Origin: the human T2T-CHM13v2.0 reference genome, Homo sapiens
Assembly (NCBI RefSeq): GCF_009914755.1
Contig: NC_060926.1
Length of the DNA: 64,000 bases
Strand: one strand, 5' to 3'
The notes beneath the pieces were generated by a model. It worked only from the letters and a program-made list of their open reading frames with translations, was not told where the DNA came from and made no database searches. The position numbers were made by a program, and so were the translations under genes. How positions within the stretch are numbered: the first letter of the stretch is position 1; the number at the start of each line of letters is the position of its first letter. This document shows positions 14,445-26,181 of this stretch, piece by piece.

Positions 14445-17400
14445 GGAGGGGGAGGTTCAAGCTGGCTGACTAGAAGCAGCTAATGTGCACTGCTCGCATG
14501 GAAAGGAAACAAAGAGTTTGAGTAAATACCACCTCTTCAGGTGTATCATCTAAGAGATCATGCTGGGATTTACCAAGGAAGTGACAGGACCCACAGAGAA
14601 TGGAGAGGAATAAAGCTGGGCAGCTGCCCACTCAGAACCGGCATGGAACCAGGGGAAGCTCCCTAATATATAGGGAAAAGATTAGGTGAGTGAGAGACCC
14701 CAGAAGATCCATACTTCCACCATTGATCTTTGCAATTCTGGGAATGGGAGGACCCATGGCTTCCCCCCGAGGGACTCCGGATTGACAAAGAAAGCCACCT
14801 GGAGTCTTTGTAGAGTCGCTGCTCAAGCCTATGTGGAGCCCCACAGGTCTTGGATCCCTAAGCAGCTTGGCGCCAGCTGCTGTATCCCCAATAGAGGCCA
14901 TAGCCACACTGCTGAAGAGTGGCCAGATTGCCCTGACTACCCCGCTGTTTCTCACCAGGCAAGGCTCCCTGTGCAGCAACTCTACCTCTGTCTGAACACC
15001 GGGGACAGTTCTGGCCCTGTGCTCCCCCAGGAAGTGCCCAGACAGCAGACTGTGTGACCCCTGCCCCAGCTGCACCTTGCCAGGCAGGGCTCGTAGGCTT
15101 GGGGTCCCAGCATAGTGACTCTGCCCCTGCCGGAACACTGTGGTCAGTCATGGCTCTGCTTTTCTCTGGTACAAAACTCCAAGATAACAGGCAAGGCTTG
15201 GCACCTCCTTTGTGTGCCTGCAACAGTGAAGTGGGAGAGAAATGCAAGTGTGTCACATGCCTGGCAGCCACCAGTCTCTATTGGCATAGCTAAAGGGTCC
15301 TGCCCTCCCCGGTAAAGGCCCACAGCACAGCCACCCTGCTCCATCTGAGCATTTTACCTGCATCCCAGAGCCCTTCTGAAAACTCAAGCCCCACCAGTCT
15401 GTAATATTCCCTCAGGAGGCTCCCACTACCTAAGTATCCTACTTAACCCTGCTTGAAAGTTCAGCCAGTGACCTGAGGACCAGTCCACCCCTCCCCATCA
15501 CAGCCAGCACCTGAACTTTGGACCAGCCGGACCTGGGTCCAGCTCCTTCAGGACACATACACATTCTCCAGCGGGCCATGTATTGTGCTAGGGACTGAGG
15601 AACTCTCTACCCCATTCTAACTCTGTAGCATCTGATCATTTCTCTCAGGGCCTGAGCTCAGGCCGACTCAACCATCCAATATCACCACACCATTACCAAC
15701 ATGTATGGGCCCAAAGGCGGAGCCCCTCTTTAAAGAAGCAGCAGTACTGCTATATTTGAGAACAGATAAGCCATAAAGCTATCTGTATCAGGCTGAGTGA
15801 TGAGGTAATGCCCTAAAACCACACCCACAGAGAGTTGCAAATTCATCATTTCCCATGGCTGTCAATCACATTGTGGTCCAGAGATATGCTACAATGTGCA
15901 TATGAACTAGGAGTCACAAGCCCTGGAACAAGAATGTGATAGGGAAACATCAAGTTGCTGCCTGTCAAGGAAGGGGAACCAGTGCAGCTCCCTCACTCCC
16001 ACACAGAGACTTCAGTGCACTTCACCAAGGCCTCCTCCAAGCCACCCTTGTCAGGGCTGGTACCTGCACTTGCCATCAGGACATTTGTGGGCAAGTCAGG
16101 GGCTCAGCTCTGCCCAGCTCTGTCCCCTCATCCACATGGAACAACACTGTCCAGCCCTTCACCTGAAACAACAGAGAACACCTCACAGTAAAAAAGGATC
16201 AGATACATACTCACCTGCTATGCCACAGCTAGTTCTTTCCTGCAAGCACCATCTACTGGCCAGTCCATCTAACCACACAGCCCAATATAAATCCTGCCAA
16301 TAGAAGTGCATAGGGCTTTACAAGCAAAGCCAAAGATCCTGCCCAACACACTCCTCTCCAGATGGGAAGAAACCAGTATAAGAATTATGTTATCATGAAG
16401 AATCTGAATGTTGCAACACCACCAAAGGATCACTCTAGCTCTTCAGCAGTGGGTCCTAATCAAAATGGAAACTCAGAAATGACAGATACAGAATTCAAAG
16501 CATGGATTGGAAGAAAGCCCAATGAGATCAAAGAAAAGGTTGAAAATCGCACAAAGAAACTTCTGAAGCAATCCAGGAAATGAAGAAAGAGATAAACATT
16601 TTTAAAAGAAGCTGATTAGAGCTACTGGAATTGAAAAACTCACTTAAGGAATTTCAAAATACAATTGAAAGCTAGACTAAGCAGAAGAAGCAATTTCAGA
16701 GTGTGAAGGCTGGTCTTTTTTAAAAACAAACATTCAAGAAAAAACAATTTTAAAAAATGAACAAAGTCTTCAAGAAATATGAAATTAGTTAAAGTGCCAA
16801 ACATACAACTTATTGGCATCCCTGGGAGAGGAGAAAAAGTAAACAACTTGAAAAACATATCTGAGAGAATAATTCAAGAAAATTTCCCTAATATGGTTAG
16901 AGAGATAGACATCAAGATACAAGAAATCTAGAGAACACCTGCCTGATAATATACAAAATGGTCATCACTAATGCAAAGTCACCAGGCTAAGGTCAATGCC
17001 AAAGAAAAAATCTTAAGGACAGTTAGAAAAAATATCAGATCCCATACAAAGGGAACACCATTAGACTAACAGCAGACTTCTCAGCAGAAACCTTACAAAA
17101 CAGAAGAGATTAAGGCCCTATATTCAGCATTCACACAAAAAAAGAAATTTATATTCCGCCAAAGTAAGCTTCTTAAGTAAAGAAGAAATAGAATTCTTTC
17201 TAGACAAGAAAACACTTAGAAAATATGTTACCACTACACCAGCCTTACAAGAAATTCTTATGGGAGTTCTAAACATAAAAACAAAATAATAATACCTGCT
17301 GCCACAAAACACACTTAAGTATATAGCCAACATACCCTATAAAACATCTACACAATCAAGTCTACGAAACAACCAGCTACAAATATGACAAAAGGATCAA

Positions 17401-20400
17401 AACCTTACATATCAATATTAACCTTGAATATAAACAGTCTTAACATCCCACTTAAAATGCACAAAGTAGTAGTCAGATAAAAAAACAAAAGCCACTCATT
17501 CACTGTCTTCAAGAGATCCATCTGACATGTAATGACACCCATAGGATCAAAGTAAAGAGTTGGAGATATATCATGCAAACAGAAGACTTAACTATCCTAA
17601 ATTATATGAACCCAACATTGGAGCACCCAGATTCTTAAAACAAATACTTATAGACTTATGAAAAGATTCATACAGCCACACAATGATAGTGGGGAGCTTC
17701 AGCACCCTACTGCCAGCATTAGACAGATCATCAAGGCAAAAAACTAACAAGAAATTCTGGACTTAAGTTCAGCATTTTACCAGTTGGACCTCAGATATCT
17801 ACAGAATACCCCACCCATTAACCACAGAATATACATTCTTCTCATCTGCACCTGAAACATACTCTTAAGATCAACCACATGGTTGGCCATAAATCAAGTG
17901 TCAATGAGTTCAAAAAGTCAAAATCATACAAACTATACTTTTAGATCGCTGTAGAATAAATAATATAAATCAATACCAAGAAGATATCTCAAAACCACAC
18001 AATTACATGCAAATTAAACTTCTCCTGAATGACTTTTGGGTAAGCAAAAAAATTAAGGCAGAAATCAAAAAATTCTTCAAAGTTAAAGAAAACAGAGACA
18101 CAGCATACCAAAATCTCTGGGATGCAGCAAAAGCAATGTTAAGAGGAAAATTATAAATGCTAAATGCCTATATCAAGAGGTTAAAAAGATGTCTACAATC
18201 TAACATTATACCTAGAAGAAATAGTAAAACAAGGACAAATTAGCCCCAGAGCTAGTAGAAGAAAACAAATAACTAAAATCAGAGCAGAACTGAACAGAAT
18301 TGTGACCCAAAAATCATATAAAGTATTAATGAAATCAAAAGCTAATTCTCTTAAAGGGTAAACAAGACTGATAGACCACAATCTAAAGTAACCATGAAAA
18401 AGAGAGAGAAAATTCACATAACCACAACCAGAAATGACAATGGTGACATTACAACTGATTCAAAAGTAATACAAAGGATCCTCAGAGGCTAAGGAACTCA
18501 ACTCTGTTCACACAAACTAGAAAATCTACAGAAAATGGATAAATTTCTGGAAACACACAACCTCTCAAGACCGAATCAGGAGGAAACTGAAACCCTGAAC
18601 AGACAAGTATGAGCTCCAAAATAGAATCAGTAACAAAATAAAACAACCAGCCAAACAGAGCTCTGGACCAGATGGATTCACAGCCAAATTCTATCAGACA
18701 TACAACGAAGAGCTGGTACCAATCCTACTGAAACTATTCTAAGAAATTGAGGAGGAGAGACTCTTCTGTAACCCATTCCACAAAGCCATCATCCCTCTGA
18801 TATCAAAATCTGGCAAAGACACAACAATAGAAAAAAACAGGCAAATATTCTTGATTAACATAGATGCCAAAATCCTCAGCAAAATACTAGCAAGCCAAAT
18901 CCAGCAGCACACCAATAAGTTAATTCAACACAATAAAGTAGGCTTTATTCTGGGGATATAGGGTTAGTTCAACATATACAAATCAACAAATATGACTCAC
19001 AACATAAACAGAATTAAAAATAAAGGCCATATGATTATCTCAATAGACATATAAAAAGCTTTTGATAAAAATCTCAAATCCCTTCATGATAAAAATCCTG
19101 AACAAACTAGGCATTAAAGGATCATACCTAAAATAATAAAAGCCATATGTGACACACTCAAGCCAACATGTACTGAATGGACAAAAGCTGGAAGCATTCC
19201 CCTTAAGGACTGGAACACTGAATGGGCAAAAGCTGGAAGCATTCCCCTTAAGGACTGGAACAAGACAAGAATACTCACTCTCACCACTCCTGTCCAACAT
19301 CATACTGGAAGTCTTAGCCAAGCAACCAGGCAATAGAAAGAAATAAAAGGCACCCAAATAGGGAAACAAGAAGTCAAATTATTTCTCTTTGTTGATATGA
19401 TGCTATATCTAGAAAACCCTACAGACTTTGCCAAAAGGCTCTTAGAACTGATGAACAACTTCAGTAAATTTTCTGATTACAAAATATATGTGAAAAAAAA
19501 TAGTAGTATTTATATAGATCAATAATGTTCAACCTGAGAGTCAATTCAAGAACATATTCTCATTTACAACTGGCACACACAAAAAATAAAATACCTAGGA
19601 ATACATCTAACCAAGGAAGTGAAAGTTCTGTACAAGGATAATTATAAAACACTGCTGAAAGAAATCATAAATGGCACAAACAAATGGAAAACCACTCCAA
19701 GCTCATGAATTGGAAAAATCAGTGTCTTTAAAATAGCCATATTGCCCAGGACAATATACAGATTCAAAGCTATTCCTATCAAGCTACCAATATCATTTTT
19801 CACAGAAATAGAAAACATATTCAAAAATTCATATGGAACTCAAAAAGTGCCTGAATAGCCAAAGCAACCCAAAGTGAAAAGACCGAAACCAGAGACAGCA
19901 GATTATCAAACTTCAAGCTATGCTACAAGGCTACAGTAACCAAAACAGCATGGTACTGGTACAAAACAGACGCATAGACCAGTGGAAAAGGATAGTGAAC
20001 CCAGATACAAACCCTCACACAACCATATGATCCTTGACAAAGTTGACAAAAGCAAACAATGGGGAAAGGACCCCCTATTCAATAAATGATGCTGGGATAA
20101 CTGGCTAGCCATATGCAGAACAATCAAATTAGACCCCCAACCTTCACCATATACATAAATTAACAAAATATGGATTAAATACTTAAATGTAAGACATACC
20201 ACTGTAAAAACATTTTGAGAATACTTAGTTAATATCATTCTGGACATTGGATTTGCCACAAATGTATGACTAAGCCCTCAAAAGAAATTTTGACAAAAAC
20301 AAAAATTGACAAGTGGGATCTAATTAAACTAAAGAGCTTCTGTACAACCAAATAAATCATCAACAGAGTAAATAGATGACCTATACCATTGTAGAAAACT

Positions 20401-20970
20401 TCACAAACTATGCTCCCAACAAGTTTTAATATCTTGAATCAATAAGAACCTTAAACAATTCAACCAACAAAAACCAAATAACCCCATTAAAATGTGGGCA
20501 AAGGATATAAAAAGATACTTCTCAAAAGAAGGCATGCAAGTGAACAACAAACATGAAAAGAATGCTCCACATCACTAATCATCAGAAAAAATGTAAGTCA
20601 AAACCACAATGAGACATTATCTGAAACCAGTCAGAACGGCTGTTATTAAAAAGCCATAAACAACAAATGCTGGTGAGCCTGCAGAGGAAAGGGAAGGCTA
20701 TACACTGTATATATATATATAGCTATATACACTGTATACAGCTGTACATACTCTATACACTGTATATAGCTATACAGCAGTTATACACTGTTGGTGTATA
20801 ACACACACACTGTTGGTGTGTAACTAATATAAATTAGTTCAACCACTGTGGAAGCAGTTTGGAGATTTCTCAAAGAACTTAAAAGAGGACTATTATTTTA
20901 CCCAGCAATCCCATTACTGTGTATATACCCAAACAAAATAAATCATTTTACCAAAAAGACAAATGCACTT
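14445..20970 (+). mobile_element. Near-full-length L1PB-like LINE (5' UTR, ORF1 from 16362, ORF2 from ~17385), both ORFs broken, 3' end lost
   Basis: GC-richer 5' UTR starting GGAGG..CAAGCTGGCTGACTAGAAGCAGCT; ORF1 start MGRNQ; ORF2 motifs [22 protein letters not shown]; internal endonuclease-domain deletion near 17580; no poly(A) or TSD. Confidence 0.92.
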
Positions 20971-20984
20971 GTCTTTTTGGTAAT

Positions 20985-21130
20985 TATATCCAGCATAATA
21001 TCACCTTGGACCAAGGAATCCACATTTGTTCAGGGAGTTGTGACAATGGGCATATGACCCTGGGATCCACCACTCCTGTCTTCTAGTATATCATGAAAAA
21101 GCTGGTGGATCGATAGAGTAAACATTGAGA
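20985..21130 (+). pseudogene. ERVL integrase core remnant
   Basis: CATAATATCACCTTGGACCAAGGAATCCAC = HNITLDQGIH (ERVL HSIASDQGTH), then CAATGGGCATATGAC..GGGATCCAC (QWAYD.GIH). Confidence 0.7.
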
Positions 21131-21134
21131 TGAT

Positions 21135-21670
21135 GTGGGAGGCAAAATTCTAAGATGGATCCCCAAGATTTCCAGTCCCTGGTGTTTTTTCACATCTGAT
21201 ATGATTTGAATCTGTGTTCTCAATCAAATCTCATGTTCAGTTATAATTCCTAATGTTGAAAGTGGGGCCTGGTGGGAGGTGATTGGATCATGGGGGCAGA
21301 TTTCCCCCCTTTAATGCTGTTCTCATGATAGACTTCTCACGAGATCTGATTGTTTAAAAGTCTGTGGCACCTCCCCTATACCTCTCTGTCCCTCCTGCTC
21401 CAGCCGTGTAAGATGTGCCTGCTTCTCCTTTGTTTTCTGCCATGATTGAAAGTTTCCTGAGGTCTCCCCAGCCATGCCTTCCGTACACCCTGTAGAAATG
21501 TATAAATTACCAGTCTCAGGTAGTTCTTTATAAATTACCCAGTTCTTTTCTTTATAAACTACCCAGTCTCAGGTAGTTCTTTATAGCAGTGTGAGAATGG
21601 ACTAACACAACATCTTCCCCCAGGTATTCAACCAAATGCTAATCTAGGTATTGCTGTGAATTGCTGTGAA
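21135..21670 (+). mobile_element. MLT1E-type LTR fragment split by an MSTA LTR
   Basis: TGTGGGAGGCAAAATTCTAAGATGG..CCCCAAGATT; resumes AAATGCTAATCTAGGTATTGCTGTGAA. Confidence 0.65.
21197..21609 (+). mobile_element. MSTA-like MaLR solo LTR
   Basis: TGATATGATTTG..CAAATCTCATGTT ... GAGAATGGACTAACACA; 5-bp TSD ACATC at 21192-21196 and 21610-21614. Confidence 0.9.
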
Positions 21671-21848
21671 TGTTTGGCAATATTTGAAGATGTTTTTGGT
21701 GATCAGAGCTTGATGAGAACTATGCGACTCACATCAGTGGGTTGAAGTCAAAGATGCTGCTTAATGTTCTAAAAGGCACAGGACATCCCTAATAATAAAT
21801 AATTATATGACCCAAAATGTTAATAGTACTGAGGTTGAATAACTCTAA
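21670..21848 (+). mobile_element. MER20 hAT-Charlie DNA transposon fragment
   Basis: TTTGGCAAT..GAAGAT.TTTTTGGT, GATGCTGCT.AA, CCCAAAATGTTAATAGTACTGAGGTTGA. Confidence 0.8.
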
Positions 21849-22154
21849 CTTAGATCAACATAAATGCTAACCAGTTTTAAAGGGAATATACAAACAGTGG
21901 TAGGAAGGAGATTATAAGTAACAATTTCAGCATTAGAATCAATTATAGCAATGGCTCCTGTTGTATTTGTGTATTTAGAGGCTACGACAAGCCACTATCT
22001 TAGAATTAAGTAAGTTATTAATAGATTAGCGCAGTGCAAAATTATACTGTCAGTTAGCTCTCAATGTCTCATCCTTGGTCTCTGGCCACTTAAGTTTTTT
22101 AGGAATGCAGGTATGACTTGCAATTGCTAGTATCTGTGACTCTTTCCATGAGTG

Positions 22155-22155
<1 letters not shown>

Positions 22156-22204
<49 letters not shown>
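22156..22204 (+). repeat. (TG)~24 microsatellite inside LTR16-like sequence
   Basis: Direct observation. Confidence 0.98.
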
Positions 22205-22206
<2 letters not shown>

Positions 22207-22431
22207 CCACTGAAACCTGCTGCACCTGAGTTTTGGGCAGGCCAGAAATGCCAGGCAATTAATCCCTATATCCCCCAGCGAATACCCTTTGCAGGAACAG
22301 CCTAAAAAACGACTAACAAGAGCTGGCTTCTTTGCTCCTCCAGTGGGATAACTGAGATAACATATTCTACACTGCTTCTAGCATTTTGTATGAAGTTCAT
22401 TTCCACTTCCTCAAAGTGGTGGCTTGCTTGG

Positions 22432-23022
22432 TGTCTTAGTCTACTTTCTGTCACTTATAGAAGATACTTGAAATTGGATAATGTGTTTATCCTAGCTCCC
22501 TGGTACCTCTGCATCAGCAGCTTTCTCCTCCTCATTTTCTCTAGAACATGTCTAATTACTCATGCCAAATTCTGATACCCTTCTCTATCCCCATCTCTTT
22601 CATTAGTGTACTCAGTTTCTATCCAACACTACCCAATACATAAAATTTATTTTTTATACTTCTGGAGGCTGGGAGGACCCAGGTCAAGGGCTTGCATCTG
22701 GTGAGGGCCTTCTTTCTGGTATAGACTCCTTGCAGAGTTCCAAGGTGGTGCAGGGTATCACATGATGAGGGGGCTGAACATAGTCTCTCAAGCCTCTCTT
22801 CCTCTTCTTATAAATCCACCAATCCTACTGCCTTGATTATAGCCCACTAAGCCATTATTAAGCCAGTAAGCCATTAACCCATTACTCCCTTACTGAGGGC
22901 AGAGTCATGTCTTCTCATGGCCCAGTTATTAACACATCTTGAGTGCCTCACCTCTCAACAGTCTCATTGTGGATTAAGTTTTAACATGAGTTTTGGAGAG
23001 GACAAACATTCAAACCCTAGCA
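22432..23022 (-). mobile_element. MSTC/MSTD-like MaLR solo LTR carrying an extra ~145 bp insert
   Basis: TGTCTTAGTC.. start, TTCTGGAGGCTGGGA, CATCTGGTGAGGGCCTTCTT, end CAAACATTCAAACCCTAGCA; TSD CTTGG (22427-22431) / ATTGG (23023-23027). Confidence 0.85.
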
Positions 23023-23541
23023 ATTGGTAATATACAATTTATGACTTTATTCCTTTTACTTTCTTACTTCCCCTACAAGTGTTCCCTGGTATTACCTGTC
23101 AAATAAATTCTTATACTTTAATCCTTATCAAGGTCTGCTTCTGGAGAAACCCAAAGTAAGACAGAAAACTGTAAAGAGTTTTAAACCAGGAAATGACATG
23201 ATCTAAATGATATTTTTAATGGCCCCTATAGCTATTTTATGACAAATGAATGTCTGGGAAAGGGTATAATCAGAGAAACTAGATGAAAAGCTCTTTCACT
23301 TGTTCAAGAGAGATACAGGGGGCTTGGACTCAGGTAGAAGCATCGGATGGGTAGTAACTAGATACACTAATGCAAAAGTTGGGGATACAGAAGAGTGCCA
23401 GATTTTGGCAGTAGTAATTAGGTGTGTTCTAGAGAAAATGAGGAGGAGAAAGTTGCTGATGCAGAGGTACCAGAGAGACAGAATGAAACAGAAGGAAGAC
23501 AAAATTGTTTTTTGACATGTTCATTTTGTGAACTCAGACTT

Positions 23542-26181
23542 TGTATTAGTCTGTTTTCACACAGCTGATAAAAACCTACCTGAGACTGGACAATTTACAA
23601 AAGAAAGAAGTTTATTGGACTTAGAGTCTCACATGATTGTAGAGGCCTTACAATCATGGCGGAAGGCAAGCAGGAGCAAGTCACATCTTATGTGGAAGGC
23701 AGCAGGCAGAGAGAGAGAGCTTGTGCAGGGAAACTCCCGCTTTTAAAACCATTAGATCTCCTGGGACTTACTCACTATCATGAGAACAGCACAGGAAAGA
23801 CCCACCACGATGATTCAATTACCCCCCACTGGGTTCCTCCCATGACACATGGGAATTGTGGGAGTTACAATTCAAGAAAAGTTATGGGTGGAGGCTGGGC
23901 ACAGTGGCTCATGCCTGTAATCCCAGCACTTCGGGAGGCTGAGGTGGGTGGACCACGAGGTCAGGAGATCGAGACCATCCTGGCTAACACAGTGAAATGC
24001 TGTCTCTACTACAAATACAAAAAAAATTAGCTGGTCGTGGTTGTGGACACCTGTAGTCCCAGCTACTTGGGAGGCTGAGCGGGGGAGAATGGCATGAACC
24101 CGGGAGGCGGAGCTTGCAGTTAGCTGAGATCGTGCCACTGCACTCCAGCCTGGGCAACAGAGCGAGACTCCGTCCCAAAAAAAAAAAAAAAAACGATTTG
24201 GGTGGGAACACAGCCGAAGTATATCATTCCACCCCAGCTCCTCCCAAATCTCATGTCCTCACATTTCAAAACCAGTCATTCCTTCCCAGCAGTCCTCCAA
24301 AGTCTTAACTCATTTCAGCATTAATTCACAAAGGTCCACAGTCCAAAGTAAGTCTAATCTGAGACAAAGCAAGTCCCTTTCACCTATGAGCCTGTAAAAT
24401 CAAAAGCAAGTTAGTTATTTTCTAGATACAATGGGTGTACAGGCATTGGGTAAATACACCTGTTCCAAATGGAAGAAATTGGCCAAAACAAGGGGGCTAC
24501 AGGCCCCACGCAAGTCTGAAATCCAACAGGGCAGTCAAATCTTAAATCTCCAAAAGAATCTCCTTTGACTCCAAGTCTCACATCCAGGTCACGCTGATGC
24601 AAGAGGCAGGTTCCCATAGTATTGGGAAGCCCCACTGCTGTCGCTTTGCAGGGTACAGCCTCCTTCCCAGCTGCCTTCATGAGCTGGCATTGAGTGTCTG
24701 CAGCTTTTCCAGGCACGCAGTGCAAGCTCTCAGTGGATCTACCCTTCTGGGGTCTGGAGAATGGCGATGGGCCTCTTCTCACAGCCCCACTGTGCCCCAT
24801 AGGGACTCTGTGTTGGGGCTCCAACCCCACATTTCCCTTCTGCACTGCCCTAGCAAAGGTTCTCCATGAGAGCCCCACCCCTGCAGCAAACTTCTGCCTG
24901 GGCATCCAGGAGTTTCTATACATCCTCTGAAATCTAGGTGGAGGTTCCCAAACCTCAAATCATGGCTTCCATGCATCCACAGGCTCAATACCATGTGAAA
25001 GCTGCCACGGCTTGGGGCTTGCACCCTCTGAAGCCAGGGCCCAAGTTGTACCTTGGTCCCTTGTAGCCACGGCTGGAGTGGCTGGGACACGGGGTACAAA
25101 GTCCCTAGACTACACACAGCATGGAGACCTTGAACCTGGCCAATAAAACCATGTTTTCCTCCTAGGCCTCCAGTCGTGTGATGGAAGGGGCTGCTGTGAA
25201 GAGCTCTGATATGCCCTGGAGATATTTTCACCATTGTTTGGGGATTGACGTTGGGCTCCTCGTTACTTATGCAAATTTCTGCAGCTGGGCTTGAATTTCT
25301 CCTCAGACAATGGAATTTTCTATTCTATTGTATTTTCAGGCCTCAAATTTTCTGAACTTTTATGCTCTGCTTCACTTATAAAACTGAATGCCTTTAACAG
25401 CACCCAAATCATCTCTTGAATGTTTTGCTGCTCAGAAACTTCTTCTGCCAGATACCCTAAATCATCTCTCTTGAGTCTGAAATTCCACAAATCTCTCAGG
25501 CAGTGCCAAAATGCCACCAGTCTCTTTGCTAAAGCATAACAAGAGTCACCTTCGCTCCAGTTCCCAACAAGTTCCTCATCTCCATCTGAGACAACCTCAG
25601 CCTGGATTTCATTGTCCATATCATTATGAACATTTTGGTCAAAGCCATTCAACAAGTATCTAGGGAGTTCCAAACTTTCCCACATTTTCCTGTCTTTTTC
25701 TGAGCCCTCTAAACTGTTCCAACCTCTGCTTGTTACCCAATTCAAAAGTCACTTCCACATTTTTGGGTATCTTTTCAGCAGCACCCCACTCTACTGGTAC
25801 CAATTTACTATATTAGTCTTTTTTCACACTGTGGATAAAGGCATACCTAAGACTGGGTCATTTACAAAAGAAAGAGGTTTAATGGACTTACAGTTCCACA
25901 TGGCTGGGGAGGCCTGACAATCATGGCAGAAGGCAAGAAGGAGCAAGTCTCATCTTACATAGATGGCAGCAGGCAAAGAGAGAGAGAGCTTGTGCAGGGA
26001 AACTTTCATTTTTAAAATGATCAGATCTCATGAGACTTATTCACTACCACAAGAACTGCACAGAAAAGACCTGCCCCCATGATTCAATTACCTCCTACTG
26101 GGTTCTTCCCATAGCACATGAGAATTGTGGGAGTTACAATTCAAGATGAGATTTGGGTGGGAACACAGCCAAACCATATCT
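23542..26181 (-). mobile_element. Complete THE1B-like MaLR element (LTR 23542-~24222, internal, LTR ~25809-26181)
   Basis: Two homologous LTRs (GCTTGTGCAGGGAAACT..), THE1-int sequence, TSD GACTT at 23537-23541 and 26182-26186. Confidence 0.95.
23893..24193 (+). mobile_element. AluY/Sc-like SINE inserted in a THE1 LTR
   Basis: GGCTGGGCACAGTGGCTC...poly(A); LTR resumes GATTTGGGTGGGAACACAGCC. Confidence 0.95.

Larger units (their letters stand above)
13058..23163 (+). mobile_element. Degraded ERVL (HERV16/LTR16-like) provirus hosting nested insertions
   Basis: Starts TGTAGCAGGCAC, ends GGTCTGCTTCTGGAGAAACCCAAAGTAAGACA; GAAAAC direct repeat at 13052-13057 and 23164-23169; pol remnants inside. 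Confidence 0.6.

Noticed and set aside
14632-16303. Cluster of 66-168 aa ORFs
   Set aside because: They lie in the GC-richer L1PB 5' UTR; no homology recognised
22484-23489. DGR-like template/variable repeat pair
   Set aside because: Mismatches are not adenine-specific on either strand and no intact RT is present; the pattern fits neutral divergence
24411-25745. 140-170 aa minus-strand ORFs
   Set aside because: Fragments of the THE1 internal ORF, broken by stops and frameshifts; the same applies to 40162-41763 in MST-int
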